A stretch of 64,000 bases of DNA from Candidatus Obscuribacteraceae bacterium (GCA_044226015.1 JBGAHS010000001.1:1088001-1152000), one strand, 5' to 3'; positions 1-10,465 are shown, numbered from the stretch's first letter. The notes: generated by a model not told the origin, from the sequence alone. Numbers and translations are program-made.

Positions 1-429
1 CGGAACGAGGTCTGCCCTCGTGGACATAGTCTGTCCTATTTTTATAAAAGTAGGACCAAGATTGAAAAGTTTGGTGCGCAACCAGCGTCCAAGTTCGCGA
101 TATTCCTCGAACTCTTGTGCACTCATCGCGTGTTGCTCATTATCCGAAGCTGGTGGAGACATGTCTTCAACACCGAACTCAGCCTCACGAATCATGCGCT
201 CGTATTCAGCCTGGTGATATTTAGCGAAACCTTTGACCGTGACGATGATTGTCCAGGCGATCGGAATCACGCGCAGTGCTCCATCAAGCCCCTGCGTTCT
301 GTAGATGCGCCAGAAAACTCTCCAGCAAGACATAAACAACTTCCAGGCTGTTACGTCTCGAAAAGTCTCTTTGATTGGGTCGTAGCCAATTTCTGTAGCC
401 AAGCTTTTTATTCCGAGTTGGGTTCGCAA
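1..429 (-). CDS. ABC1/AarF/UbiB-family atypical kinase, 5' part only (runs off window start; start codon uncertain, TTG at 429 or 402)
   Basis: Manual minus-strand translation ends ...[32 protein letters not shown], the LGPxFIKxGQxxSTRxDL signature of ABC1 kinases. Absent from the ORF track because it is truncated. Confidence 0.85.
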   Translation of the reverse strand, partial: MRTQLGIKSLATEIGYDPIKETFRDVTAWKLFMSCWRVFWRIYRTQGLDGALRVIPIAWTIIVTVKGFAKYHQAEYERMIREAEFGVEDMSPPASDNEQHAMSAQEFEEYRELGRWLRTKLFNLGPTFIKIGQTMSTRADLVP

Positions 430-543
430 ATAGGAGTTAGATATCCCTGGACCCCTATATTACGAGTATAGTTCCGTTGTCAGGCGGAATGGGACATAAA
501 ATTAAGCTTGTTCGAAACAAAGAGCAAACGCACCTGAATCCAA

Positions 544-1272
544 CTACATCCGGACGCCGATGGCTTGATTTTGTAAATCGATTATCTCTTTCACACCTTT
601 TTCGGCCAATTTCATCAGGTCAGCCAGTTTTGTGTGGTCGTAAGGCTTATCCTCGGCCGTCATTTGGATTTCGAGAATTTTGCCAGATTCAGTCAGCACA
701 AAATTACCGTCCATTGCAGCCTGTGAATCTTCCTGATAATTAGGATCAAGCAATAGTTGTCCATTTATGTCACAAACGCTGACCGCTGCCATCGCTTCGA
801 CAATTGGAAGGCTATCCCACTGGCATGATTTGCGCAGCTTCAGCAGGGCATCATAGAGCGCAACGTAGCCGCCACTTATGCTGGCGACTCTGGTGCCTCC
901 ATCTGCCTGTAAAACGTCACAATCGATGGTAATGGTTCGTTCGCCTAGATGTCTTCTGTCTACAATTGCTCTAAGCGATCTACCAATCAGTCTTTGAATT
1001 TCCAGCGTTCGGCCGGAAGCCTGGCCCCTTGTCACTTCTCGTGTAGAGCGTACCAATGTGGAACCTGGTAGTAATGAATATTCGGCAGTTATCCAGCCCT
1101 CACCCTTGCCCATGAGAAACGCGGGAACGCGCTCTTCAATCTTGGCGGTGGTCAGTACTTTTGTATCGCCAAATTCGACGAGTACCGAACCGTCTGCGTT
1201 TTTTGTGAAACCGCGGGTGAATTTTATAGGTCTTAGCTGGTCCCATTGCCGATTGTCTCGTCGGCGAATCAT
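544..1272 (-). CDS. rph: Ribonuclease PH
   Basis: GSVLVEFGDTKV, GWITAEYSLLP, GRTLEIQRLIGRSLRA and DCDVLQADGGTR motifs; 242 aa. Confidence 0.97.
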   Translation of the reverse strand: MIRRRDNRQWDQLRPIKFTRGFTKNADGSVLVEFGDTKVLTTAKIEERVPAFLMGKGEGWITAEYSLLPGSTLVRSTREVTRGQASGRTLEIQRLIGRSLRAIVDRRHLGERTITIDCDVLQADGGTRVASISGGYVALYDALLKLRKSCQWDSLPIVEAMAAVSVCDINGQLLLDPNYQEDSQAAMDGNFVLTESGKILEIQMTAEDKPYDHTKLADLMKLAEKGVKEIIDLQNQAIGVRM

Positions 1273-1504
1273 GCGCTCGCTCGCTTTCTAGTCTTATTTA
1301 CTAAGGGGATGAGAGGTATTTTAGCGGCATATACCAATCAAATATACCCGCAAGCGACCGAATAAACTCTATTGCCAGCCTGCATTGGAATTTTTATGAA
1401 GTTAACTTGATAACGTCCAAAAATTTTTTGGCATTTTCTGGAACCAAAATACCCTCATTCACATCTAGGGTGCCAGAAGAAAGATGAAAAACTGAACGAA
1501 AGAA

Positions 1505-1547
1505 AAGAAAAAACAAAACCGCACTGAAGCAGTTGCTCAGTGCGGTT
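1505..1547 (-). terminator. Intrinsic terminator downstream of the Thr-rich lipoprotein gene
   Basis: Inverted repeat aaccgcactga (1517-1527) / tcagtgcggtt (1537-1547) followed by a T-rich tract on the minus strand. Confidence 0.75.
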
Positions 1548-1616
1548 CTGTTTACGATATCGTTTGAGTTTCAAGTTAGTAACTTGCAACTTTATGCTGC
1601 ATCAAACTACATCAAA

Positions 1617-1871
1617 CTACTTAGACTCAGTGCTGGTTTCGGTAGTGGTGGTGGTGGTAGCAGCGGTATCAGTGCCAGTTGCAGCAGCTGTATCGGTAGC
1701 AGCAGCAGTCGACGTTTCAGTTGTTGTTGTCGTTGTTGCTGGTGTTGTAGCGCTGGTGTCTGTTGAAGTAGTTGTAGTGGTTGTTGTTTCACCACCACCA
1801 CTGCAAGCTGATAGTGCAGCAGCCATTACAACGCTTGTAGCAGCTAGAGCTATTGTTTGGAATTTAACCAT
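1617..1871 (-). CDS. Small threonine-rich lipoprotein
   Basis: Signal peptide with lipobox LSA-C, then a poly-Thr/Ala tail; upstream AGGAG and downstream terminator. Confidence 0.8.
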   Translation of the reverse strand: MVKFQTIALAATSVVMAAALSACSGGGETTTTTTTSTDTSATTPATTTTTTETSTAAATDTAAATGTDTAATTTTTTETSTESK

Positions 1872-2101
1872 AAAACCTGTTCGTCTCCTTCTCTATGGTA
1901 CGCCCTTCGTGGATGTATATCCTGTTTGGCTCCGCCCACTTGCTCATTGACAAGTTAGTAATTGCAGCCAATCTAAGCGGCCGCAATGATAACACCGAAA
2001 TCAACTGTGAGCAATTACTTTCTTTTATAGCGCTTAACTTTATGCGTGCAGAGCGCCGTCGCAATTAGATGCGGTGATTAACAAAGCGGACATTGTCGTT
2101 G

Positions 2102-3661
2102 TCAACGTAAGATAAGTGATTTGCCTGTCATCTCTTTAGGCTTCGTAATCTTCATGATTTCAAGAAGAGTCGGTGCGACATCTTCTAGCGATCCATTGGA
2201 TAGCTTTGTGGATCCGCCAAGTTGACCGCTGAAGTCTGCCACTATCAGTGGTACCGGGTTGGTCGTATGAGCAGTGTGTGGTTCGCCAGTTTTTAGATCT
2301 ATCATCTGTTCAATGTTGCCATGGTCTGCAGTGATGATTAGTGAGCCGTTCATCTTTCTGGTCGACTCGAGAAGTCTGCCGAAAGCCTCGTCGACGCTTT
2401 GTACGGCATCTATTCCTGCTTCCATGAAACCCGTGTGTCCGACCATGTCGGGGTTAGCGAAATTGATTACAATAAATGGATATTTTCCAGACTCGATTGC
2501 CTGGCAGGCCATTTCGCAAACTTTTGGCGTTTGCATGTTGGGTGCTTTGTCGTAGGTCGCTACCTTCAGAGATGGAACCAGTACTCTCTCTTCATCTGGA
2601 TTTTCAGCTTCCTTGCCGCCATTGAAGAAATATGTAACGTGAGCATATTTTTCAGTTTCAGCAACGTGAAGTTGTTTTATGTGATGGCATGCAAGCAGCT
2701 CTGGCAGAGTCATATGCATATCTTGCGATGGCAATTGCTCGGGCGAGAAAGCAACCGGCAATTTCAAACTGGAATCATATTCGGTAAGGCAAACATAAAA
2801 AATGTCTGGAACTACCGGTCTTTCAAATCCACTGAAATCAACTGTTGTGAGAACTCGGCTGATTTGTCGAACTCTATCCGGACGGAAATTAAAACAAATT
2901 ACCGCATCACCAGTTTTGATAGGACGATTGTTTACGACTGTAGGAAGAACAAACTCATCTGACTCGCCTCTTTCGTAGGCGAGTTCTACAGCTTCCAATG
3001 CTGATTTTGCTTCTAGTCCTTCTGAAAGTACAAGTGCACGCCAGTATTTCTCAATTCTTTCCCAGCGGCTGTCTCTGTCCATCGCGTAGTATCTGCCGCC
3101 AACGACACCAACAATGCCGTTCTTTTGAGCTAGCTTTTCTTCGAGTTCTCTCATAAAACGCTTAGCTGATTTTGGTGGCGTATCACGTCCATCAAGAATA
3201 GGGTGCACTACAAGTTCGGGCACCTTTTCTCTGCTGGCTAGCTCTAGAAGACCATCGAGATGGTCCGGGCTTGAGTGCACGCAGCCATCGCTCACTAGTC
3301 CGATAAGATGCAATGCCGAATTATTTTTTCGTGCATGCTCGGAGGCGGCGGTGAAGCATGGGTTTTTGAAAAAGGTTCCATCAAGAATGGTTTTGCTTAT
3401 TTGGGTGAGTTTCTGTATGACAACTCTTCCGGCACCAATATTCAGGTGTCCGACCTCAGAATTGCCCATCAAACCAGGCGGCAAACCCACAGCAATTCCA
3501 GATGCATCCAGCAAGCTGTTGGGAAACTTTGCCAACATAAGTTCGTAGTTAGGTGTTTTGCTGGCAAGAATTGTATTTCCGCGGCGCTCTTCGCTGACGC
3601 CCCATCCATCAAGGATAAGAAGAGTTACTGGTCCCACGCGTCCTCCTTCGATTAGTAGCAA
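2102..3661 (-). CDS. gpmI: 2,3-bisphosphoglycerate-independent phosphoglycerate mutase
   Basis: LLILDGWG, MGNSEVGHLNIGAGR, DGRDTPP, GRYYAMDRD, AETEKYAHVTYFFNGG, NPDMVGHTG, TADHGN. Confidence 0.97.
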   Translation of the reverse strand: MLLIEGGRVGPVTLLILDGWGVSEERRGNTILASKTPNYELMLAKFPNSLLDASGIAVGLPPGLMGNSEVGHLNIGAGRVVIQKLTQISKTILDGTFFKNPCFTAASEHARKNNSALHLIGLVSDGCVHSSPDHLDGLLELASREKVPELVVHPILDGRDTPPKSAKRFMRELEEKLAQKNGIVGVVGGRYYAMDRDSRWERIEKYWRALVLSEGLEAKSALEAVELAYERGESDEFVLPTVVNNRPIKTGDAVICFNFRPDRVRQISRVLTTVDFSGFERPVVPDIFYVCLTEYDSSLKLPVAFSPEQLPSQDMHMTLPELLACHHIKQLHVAETEKYAHVTYFFNGGKEAENPDEERVLVPSLKVATYDKAPNMQTPKVCEMACQAIESGKYPFIVINFANPDMVGHTGFMEAGIDAVQSVDEAFGRLLESTRKMNGSLIITADHGNIEQMIDLKTGEPHTAHTTNPVPLIVADFSGQLGGSTKLSNGSLEDVAPTLLEIMKITKPKEMTGKSLILR

Positions 3662-3780
3662 TTGAGCTTTAGTTGCTAAGAAAAAGTTCCTATTATAGGT
3701 TGGTTTGTAATTAGTGATAAAAACTTCTGCGCTTGGCTGAGCTTTGCGCTACTCTTTTTGTACGCGCCCGAGAAGACACG

Positions 3781-4584
3781 ATGCAAAGTCATGAGCTTTC
3801 GAAAAAAGATGAGGAAAAGGCTCTGCCAGAGCCTGATCAGACGCAAGCTTCGGGTGATGGTTGGGAGTCGGCTGGCGCCGCATTGCCAGCCGCAGAGCCG
3901 ATAAAGGAAGCATCAGTTGTTGTCGCCGAGGCTGCCCACGAGCTGAGATTACCTATCGCTAATATAAAACTTCTGGTTGAAACGCTTCTTGATGGAGCGC
4001 TTGACGATAGAGAGGTTTGCAAGAGAATGCTCAAACGTGCCTATCAAGAGGTTGAGCGCTTGCAGGCTTTAGTATCTGACTTGCTGGCACTTGAGCAGGT
4101 GGCCGAGCGGCGCAATGATTTGAAATGCGAATGGATGCTTTTGAAAGAACGCGTGAAGTACGCAGTTGAAAGTGTCTCGAAACAAGCAAGAGAGAAGTCC
4201 GTGGAAGTGCTCATAGACATTGATGATGCACTTCCCATCTTTGCCAACAAGGGGCAGCTCGACCAGGTGATTTTGAATCTATTGGAAAACGCTGTGAAGT
4301 TCACCGAAGATGGTGGGCGCGTTTCGATCATTGGTGGACCGAAGCCCGGGTGTTTCCGCATCGAAGACACCGGTATTGGTATGCCCGAGTCAGAGATTCC
4401 CAAAATTTTTTCCAAGTTTTATCGCATCGACAAAAGCATTTCAAAAGGCGGAACTGGTCTCGGACTTTCTATCGTGAGGCAAGTTCTTGATCTGCACGGT
4501 GCTAAAATTTCAGTCAAATCACAGGAAGGTGTGGGCTCCTGTTTCTCACTTGAGTTTCCCAGTTCAAAACCAGGAGTTCGTTGA
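3781..4584 (+). CDS. Soluble sensorless histidine kinase (HisKA + HATPase), PhoR-like by context
   Basis: H-box AHELRLP, N-box NLLENAVKFT, DTGIGM, GGTGLGLSIV; no TM or PAS region; adjacent to an OmpR-family regulator and phoU. Confidence 0.85.
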   Translation: MQSHELSKKDEEKALPEPDQTQASGDGWESAGAALPAAEPIKEASVVVAEAAHELRLPIANIKLLVETLLDGALDDREVCKRMLKRAYQEVERLQALVSDLLALEQVAERRNDLKCEWMLLKERVKYAVESVSKQAREKSVEVLIDIDDALPIFANKGQLDQVILNLLENAVKFTEDGGRVSIIGGPKPGCFRIEDTGIGMPESEIPKIFSKFYRIDKSISKGGTGLGLSIVRQVLDLHGAKISVKSQEGVGSCFSLEFPSSKPGVR

Positions 4585-4586
4585 GT

Positions 4587-5330
4587 ATGAGCAAGACACA
4601 ACAAAAGATCATGCTCGTCGATGACGATGACACCATAGTAGAGACTCTGGAATTCAATTTAAGTCGGCAAGGCTACGGCATAACTATTTTTCGCAATGGT
4701 CAATCTGCACTTTCCGGTGTGGATCGTTCTAGCCCTGATTTGATTATTCTTGATTGGATGCTGCCTGATATGGTGGGTCCAGAAATCTGTAAAGTCTTGC
4801 GCAGCCGTGCGGTTGAAGTGCCAATCTTAATGCTTACAGGGCGTTCTACTCCGAATGATGTGGCGGAGGGGTTGCGTTCTGGTGCAGATGATTACCTGGC
4901 TAAGCCTTTTAGTACCGTTGAACTGCTAGCCAGAGTGCAAGCGCTTCTGCGCCGAGCTGGAAAAAATCCACGCTCCAGCAAGCTTATTGTTGGCACACTG
5001 GAATTAGATGAGGAAGCTCGCTCTGTCACTCATAAAGGCAAGAGCATTGATGTTTCTCCAAAAGAATTCAATTTACTCAAAGTGCTGATGATGAATGCTG
5101 GTAAGACGATGTCTACAGAGGTGCTGCTTAACCAGGTTTGGGGTTATGATTTCCAGGGAGACGCTAAAACGGTTGCTGTGCATATTCGGTGGCTGAGGCA
5201 AAAGTTAGAGAAAGACCCGCAAAATCCAGAATTGCTGGAAACAGTGCATCGATTGGGTTACAGGCTCAATCAAAACAAAGAAGAGCTTAGTGGTGGCAGC
5301 AAAGAGTCAACGCAGGAGAATGGAAAGTGA
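4587..5330 (+). CDS. OmpR/PhoB-family response regulator (PhoB-like)
   Basis: Receiver DLIILDWMLP, GADDYLAKPF, winged-helix VAVHIRWLRQKLE...TVHRLGY; overlaps phoU. Confidence 0.9.
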   Translation: MSKTQQKIMLVDDDDTIVETLEFNLSRQGYGITIFRNGQSALSGVDRSSPDLIILDWMLPDMVGPEICKVLRSRAVEVPILMLTGRSTPNDVAEGLRSGADDYLAKPFSTVELLARVQALLRRAGKNPRSSKLIVGTLELDEEARSVTHKGKSIDVSPKEFNLLKVLMMNAGKTMSTEVLLNQVWGYDFQGDAKTVAVHIRWLRQKLEKDPQNPELLETVHRLGYRLNQNKEELSGGSKESTQENGK

Positions 5331-5968
5331 AAACTAGAGCTGTCACTTTGATGAAAGAAGATGTGCTTGCTCTGGGGCGCCTTGTTAGTGAAACCATGCA
5401 AGAACTTTCACGTGTGCTCAAGAAAGATTCAAGTGCTAAGTTTGAACACATGATCAAGTATGAGGAGCAAATCAATGCTGCCTGTCAGAAAATTGAGGAG
5501 AAGTGTCTCGACCTTCTGAACGAGAATAAGGATTTGACCCAGGCTGAAAACAGAGCTCTGGTTGGTAGCACGTTGATTGCTGCGAAGTTTGAGCGCCTGG
5601 CTGACCATGCTTATCGCGTGGCGAAGTATGTTTCTTGGGTCGCGTCGGAAGATGTTCAGATTCCTCCCGAATTTTTAGAAATAGTGGGTGTCGTCTCTCG
5701 CATGGTTGACGACGTGTTGCTCTGTTTTCTGACTGATAATGTTGAGCGCATCGAAGAGATTATGCAGCGCGACAGTCAGATCGACTATTTGCATGATTGG
5801 CTCTCTAAGCAACTTTTGCAGGATATTGGAGAACAAAATCAGGAAGATGCTCAGACCACAATGCAGCTTCTATTTTGCATTCGTTATCTCGAGCGTATGG
5901 GTGATGCCTGTACATCTGTGGCAAAACGCGTACACTTCATAGTTACTGGTAAACGTATTGGAACTTAG
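5327..5968 (+). CDS. phoU: Phosphate signalling complex protein PhoU
   Basis: Two helical repeats with FERLADHA and YLERMGD motifs; C-terminal VHFIVTG. Confidence 0.9.
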   Translation: MKTRAVTLMKEDVLALGRLVSETMQELSRVLKKDSSAKFEHMIKYEEQINAACQKIEEKCLDLLNENKDLTQAENRALVGSTLIAAKFERLADHAYRVAKYVSWVASEDVQIPPEFLEIVGVVSRMVDDVLLCFLTDNVERIEEIMQRDSQIDYLHDWLSKQLLQDIGEQNQEDAQTTMQLLFCIRYLERMGDACTSVAKRVHFIVTGKRIGT

Positions 5969-5983
5969 TTGAGGACTTAAGAT

Positions 5984-7060
5984 TTGCCCATTCTAATTCT
6001 TGCTGGCGAAGAAGAGTTGCTGATTTCTGAACGAATTGAGCATGCTAAAGAGCAGCTGCTCGACCCTGCCTGGGCTTCATTCAATCTTGCGCGCATCAAC
6101 AAACCTGAGCTAAAGCAGGTAATTGATGAATCTGCCACCGTTCCGTTTGGTCCTGGTAATAAGCTCATACTATTTGAGCAATGCGAGTTGTTTACCAAAA
6201 AGCGTGGTGGCAAATCTGATGATGATTCGTCAAAGGCCAAAGCTAGCGGAGCCAAAGCAGAGAAGCTGTTAGATGACCTTGATAAAGCGCTTGCAGGTGT
6301 CGCTCCTAACACTTATTTGATATTCAGTTGTCCCGCAAATTTCGATAAGACCTTGAAAGTTTCAAAGGTTTTTGAAAAGCACGCTGACATTGAGACTTTT
6401 GAAAAAATGAAGTTCTGGCCCGGAGCTGCCAACCCAGAGCTTATGAACTGGTGCCGCAAGCGAGCCCATAAATTTGGTGCAGTTATTGATGATGAGGCAA
6501 GTGATTATCTAGCTGAGAGCAATGATGCTAACTTGCGAATGATAGCAATGGAAATTGAGAAAGCTGCTATCTATATTCTGCCTGAAAAACGCATAACACT
6601 AGAGGTGGTGGCACAGCTTAGTCCGCACTTCTCCAATGTTTTTGCTTTGCTAGACCATTGGGTTTATGGAAACAGCGATCAGGTGCTTTCAAATGTGGAA
6701 GAGGTTCTTTCCAAACAGTCTGCTATTCCAGTATTTGCTGCAGTTCAGACCACGCTAAGTAAGTGGCTGACAATTAAGGCTGCTTCCGAGCGTGTTATCG
6801 CTAGCTTGCCTGGCGGTCGTGGGATTCAGCGGCGTGAATTGCCGGTTTCTGAAATGCAAAAGAGGCTGCAAACAGAATTGAAAATAAATCCTTGGGTTTT
6901 GAAAAACGATCTCGAACGTTTGCAACGGGTCAGTCTGGAGAAATTGGTTAGCAAAAAGCGAGAATTGACAAGGCTGGAGAAATTGGTTAAAAGCGGCATG
7001 CTGGCTGATTCGCATGCCTTGACCATGTTTTTCAGCTCAGAGGACCTGCACGCTCATTAA
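5984..7060 (+). CDS. holA: DNA polymerase III subunit delta
   Basis: MPILILAGEEE, TVPFGPGNKL, NLRMIAMEIEKA, VFALLD, C-terminal LVKSG. Confidence 0.85.
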   Translation: MPILILAGEEELLISERIEHAKEQLLDPAWASFNLARINKPELKQVIDESATVPFGPGNKLILFEQCELFTKKRGGKSDDDSSKAKASGAKAEKLLDDLDKALAGVAPNTYLIFSCPANFDKTLKVSKVFEKHADIETFEKMKFWPGAANPELMNWCRKRAHKFGAVIDDEASDYLAESNDANLRMIAMEIEKAAIYILPEKRITLEVVAQLSPHFSNVFALLDHWVYGNSDQVLSNVEEVLSKQSAIPVFAAVQTTLSKWLTIKAASERVIASLPGGRGIQRRELPVSEMQKRLQTELKINPWVLKNDLERLQRVSLEKLVSKKRELTRLEKLVKSGMLADSHALTMFFSSEDLHAH

Positions 7061-7078
7061 CAATAAAGAGGAAGCCGT

Positions 7079-7801
7079 ATGCCCGAATCGCAGTTCGTAA
7101 TTGATGAAATCACTGCCAAAGACACCTGGCGTATTTTTCGCATTATGTCAGAACTTGTTGAAGGTTTTGATTCCATGTCCAGGGTCGGACCTGCGGTAAG
7201 TATATTTGGTTCTAAGCGTTGTTTGCCCGGCGACCCTGAATATCTGTTGGCCGAAAACCTATCCTTTAAGTTAGCCCAGGCTGGGTTTGCTGTCATAACT
7301 GGCGGTGGACCAGGCATCATGGAAGCCGGCAACAAAGGCGCCATGGAAGCGGGTGGAAGGTCTGTTGGACTGAACATAAAGTTGCCAGAAGAAAAAAGAC
7401 CCAACCCGTATCAAACCGTGAGTCTAGACTTCAGGTATTTCTTTCTACGAAAGCTGATGTTCATCAAATACGCTATGGCATTCATCATTTTGCCTGGTGG
7501 CTTTGGCAGCCTTGATGAATTATTCGAAGCGCTAACACTAATGCAGACCAATAAGATAAAGCGCTTTCCACTTTATTTAGTTGGTTCGGATTTCTGGGGC
7601 GGACTTGTTGATTGGATGCGCACCACTGTGGTTAAGCGGGGATTACTTTTTGAAGACGAGCTATCTCTTCTTACTGTAATTGATGACCCTGATGAACTTG
7701 TGCGTCAGATAAGCTGGTGCGAAAAGGAAAAGTGTTATCTCAGTCCTGAAGGTATTCGCGCTTTCTATAAGGGGTTGACTTCAGATGAGCCCGAAAAATA
7801 A
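7079..7801 (+). CDS. LOG-family Rossmann-fold protein (TIGR00730-like)
   Basis: VSIFGS, ITGGGPGIMEAGNKGA, FFLRKLMF, PGGFGSLDELFE. Confidence 0.93.
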   Translation: MPESQFVIDEITAKDTWRIFRIMSELVEGFDSMSRVGPAVSIFGSKRCLPGDPEYLLAENLSFKLAQAGFAVITGGGPGIMEAGNKGAMEAGGRSVGLNIKLPEEKRPNPYQTVSLDFRYFFLRKLMFIKYAMAFIILPGGFGSLDELFEALTLMQTNKIKRFPLYLVGSDFWGGLVDWMRTTVVKRGLLFEDELSLLTVIDDPDELVRQISWCEKEKCYLSPEGIRAFYKGLTSDEPEK

Positions 7802-7939
7802 GTCAAGATGAATTCTTCCGGCAACTCTCCCAGATCTGCAAGCATTTCAAAAAATCTGAATGGTTCGGTGATGCGAAACAGCGGAGCCGCCACACAAATC
7901 TTTTTGCAATAACTGTTATCGCTCATGGGCTTGCTCTGA

Positions 7940-9028
7940 TTAGTGAGAGTGCCTTTTACGAAGTGCGAGTTTTTCCAATCTTCGCGCCTCTGCTTTTACA
8001 GAAGCAATTCGTTCTTCATTGAGTGGATGTGTTGAGAGCAGCCCCAGTGCTTTGTTGTCTGAACTGCTCGGGTCTTTTTGCAGGCGCTCGAAGAATGCAA
8101 TCATTGCATCTGGACGATAGTCGCTGTCCAGTGCGAGCTGAACTGATGCCATGTCCGCATCATGCTCTTGTGCTCTGCTGTAGCGTAAGCTGTCCATGTC
8201 CTTTGCGGTAGATAGGGTCTGCGCAATTTCGTCTGCATGCTCTGGGCTAGTCAGTCCGAGGCAGACTTGTACGACAGTCCAGAGTCCCATCTGGTGTCCC
8301 CATTTTTTCAAAGTATCTCGATGAATGACATGTCCGATTTCATGCCCTAGAACGCCAGCAATTTCGGAGTCGTCCGTGGCGCGTTGCAGCAGTCCCCGGT
8401 TTACAACGATGATTCCGCCGGGGTAAGCAAATGCGTTTATGTGGTCATCTGATGCCACAATAAATTCAAAACTATAAGGGTTGTTTTTCAAGTGAGAGAC
8501 CAATCGCTGTCCGATGCGATTTAGTCGCTCAAGATCAGGTCCGGAAGGATCCTTTCTCACGTTTGTTGAGAGCAGCCTTCCAAAGCTTGATTCTGTGTGG
8601 GGATCCATGCTGGTAATTAGAGTGGTGCACAGCCAGTCTGCCGAAAAGTAAAAAGCTAGAAAAAACACACCCACAATTCCTAGTGTTTTCCACCAATAGG
8701 TCTTTTTCTCGCTGCTAACTCTGTAAAGCTTCAGTTCTACTTCCTTTGCTTGGTTGGCAATCCTATTTTCGCCACAATTTTGCAAAGCCGATATTAACTG
8801 GTGATCCTCCGAAACAATTGACACACCCCGTGTCGCATCAACGAGTTTTATGCGATCCTCATTATGCCCGCCTAACTCAATCTCAAAGTCTGAAAGAGAC
8901 AGAACTTCGTTGGTATTCTCATTAAGAATGATCGCAACTTTGTTGTTTTCCAAAAAAGAAAGGTCTCCATTGGAGAACTTTCCAGAACTATCCCCATAAA
9001 ATCTGACTTTGTAATTGCGTTCGTCCAT
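7940..9028 (-). CDS. M48-family zinc metallopeptidase
   Basis: INAFAYPGG, HEIGH (HExxH), YSRAQEHDAD, LSTHP; one TM segment. Confidence 0.93.
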   Translation of the reverse strand: MDERNYKVRFYGDSSGKFSNGDLSFLENNKVAIILNENTNEVLSLSDFEIELGGHNEDRIKLVDATRGVSIVSEDHQLISALQNCGENRIANQAKEVELKLYRVSSEKKTYWWKTLGIVGVFFLAFYFSADWLCTTLITSMDPHTESSFGRLLSTNVRKDPSGPDLERLNRIGQRLVSHLKNNPYSFEFIVASDDHINAFAYPGGIIVVNRGLLQRATDDSEIAGVLGHEIGHVIHRDTLKKWGHQMGLWTVVQVCLGLTSPEHADEIAQTLSTAKDMDSLRYSRAQEHDADMASVQLALDSDYRPDAMIAFFERLQKDPSSSDNKALGLLSTHPLNEERIASVKAEARRLEKLALRKRHSH

Positions 9029-9037
9029 TACATGGTC

Positions 9038-9745
9038 TCACCCTATGAGCGAGAGCAGCCCGCCACCACCGGCGGGGACGTATTTTCTAATCCACTGTCC
9101 GAATGCTCTTGGGTTTCGCGTTTGAATCCATACTCTGCCTGGTCCCGTAAATTCGCAGCCCAAGCCTTCTCCGCTCGTCACAGATGAAACCCATCCTGTT
9201 CCTGCTTTCACAATTTTGTAGTTGGTGTCACCAGACCATGCTACAAGATGTCCGTTATCGACTACCATTTTTTGTCCGGCTTGAATTGGCAATTCCATGA
9301 TTGCTCCGAATGCGCTGACTGCGAAATGCCCCTGACCTTTCAAATGCAAAACAAAAAGACCTGCTCCTGAAAATACACCTGCTGTTAGTTTTTGCGCTCG
9401 GGTGTTCAACTCGACATTTTCAAATGCGGCTAGCATACAACCGTTTTGCACGTAGTAATCTTGACCGGCTTCAATCGAAATTATCTGCACATCTCCTGGA
9501 ACGGAGGGCGCAATAATCACATCTCCAGATCTGTCTGTAGCTCTGATGTCTTGGAAAAAGAGCGTTTCTCCTCCGAGAACTGAGCGTTTCATCGCGCCCA
9601 TGAAACCGCCCCACATGTGTCCATGAATTTCGAGATGACCGCTCTTCGCTACCATGGCACCTGACTCAGCTTTCATGGACTCGCCGGCTTCCAGGTGGGC
9701 CGAAATAACTGCATTGGTGCCTGCGTGCTTGATTTCGAAGTGCAT
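9038..9745 (-). CDS. AIM24/TIGR00266-family protein
   Basis: AESGAMVA, GGETLFF, APSVPGD, VVDNGHLVAW, SGEGLGCEFTGPGRVWIQTRN. Confidence 0.9.
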   Translation of the reverse strand: MHFEIKHAGTNAVISAHLEAGESMKAESGAMVAKSGHLEIHGHMWGGFMGAMKRSVLGGETLFFQDIRATDRSGDVIIAPSVPGDVQIISIEAGQDYYVQNGCMLAAFENVELNTRAQKLTAGVFSGAGLFVLHLKGQGHFAVSAFGAIMELPIQAGQKMVVDNGHLVAWSGDTNYKIVKAGTGWVSSVTSGEGLGCEFTGPGRVWIQTRNPRAFGQWIRKYVPAGGGGLLSLIG

Positions 9746-9820
9746 ATACTACTCCCGTAAAGTCATATTCCTTGATACCCGATCTGTCTACAAGCAAAAC
9801 AAAACATGGACGAACAGGTC

Positions 9821-10282
9821 TTAGACTTCCAGAAGTCCGATATTTTGAGGATAGTTCCGAAGTGTTTCCAGCAGAATTGCAACAGCTTCACGTTGGCTAC
9901 GCCAGATAAATTTCTCGCGTACTTCGTTTTCGAGAATCCAGCGAAAATCGTCATGCTCATCATTCAGTGTTGGTACTGCGTCGGGCTCAATTTCTGCGGC
10001 GAAAACAGGAAGATGTACAATGCAATTTGTTGGACGAAATAGAAATGTTTCAATATATTCCACCATAAACATGCGCACAGGCATGAGGCTGGTTTCTTCC
10101 ATCAATTCTCTCTTCGCGGCTTCTATCGCGCTTTCGTTTTTTTCAGCAGAGCCATAAACTCCCTGCCAGGTGGATGGGAATGCATCGTCCTTTTCCGACC
10201 GATGGAGTTGAAGAAACTCGTAGCCGCTTTTGCTGCAGCGATAAGGGTAAACCGCTACACCTTCTGCTATGAGTGGAAACAT
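9821..10282 (-). CDS. NUDIX hydrolase
   Basis: Nudix box GSAEKNESAIEAAKRELMEETSL; LNDEHDDFRW. Confidence 0.9.
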   Translation of the reverse strand: MFPLIAEGVAVYPYRCSKSGYEFLQLHRSEKDDAFPSTWQGVYGSAEKNESAIEAAKRELMEETSLMPVRMFMVEYIETFLFRPTNCIVHLPVFAAEIEPDAVPTLNDEHDDFRWILENEVREKFIWRSQREAVAILLETLRNYPQNIGLLEV

Positions 10283-10465
10283 TGTTTGTCCTTTGTTGTC
10301 GGCTGTTCTTGCTTCTAAAGGTTTTATTCACGAGTTGTGCGGAATATTCTATTTGACTTGTCCCAAGTTCGCTACTTCTTATAAGGAACTCGTAATAAGG
10401 CGCCGATTTCCAAATTGAGGCAGAGTCTGCAAGTAATGCTCAAATTGGTGCTAGAATCAAAAAGT

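Noticed and set aside
1540..1950. 136-aa Val-rich plus-strand ORF
   Set aside because: Antisense shadow of the Thr-rich lipoprotein, which has the RBS, lipobox and terminator.
3662..3780. Pho box upstream of the kinase operon
   Set aside because: No convincing 11-bp-spaced direct repeats could be identified by eye.
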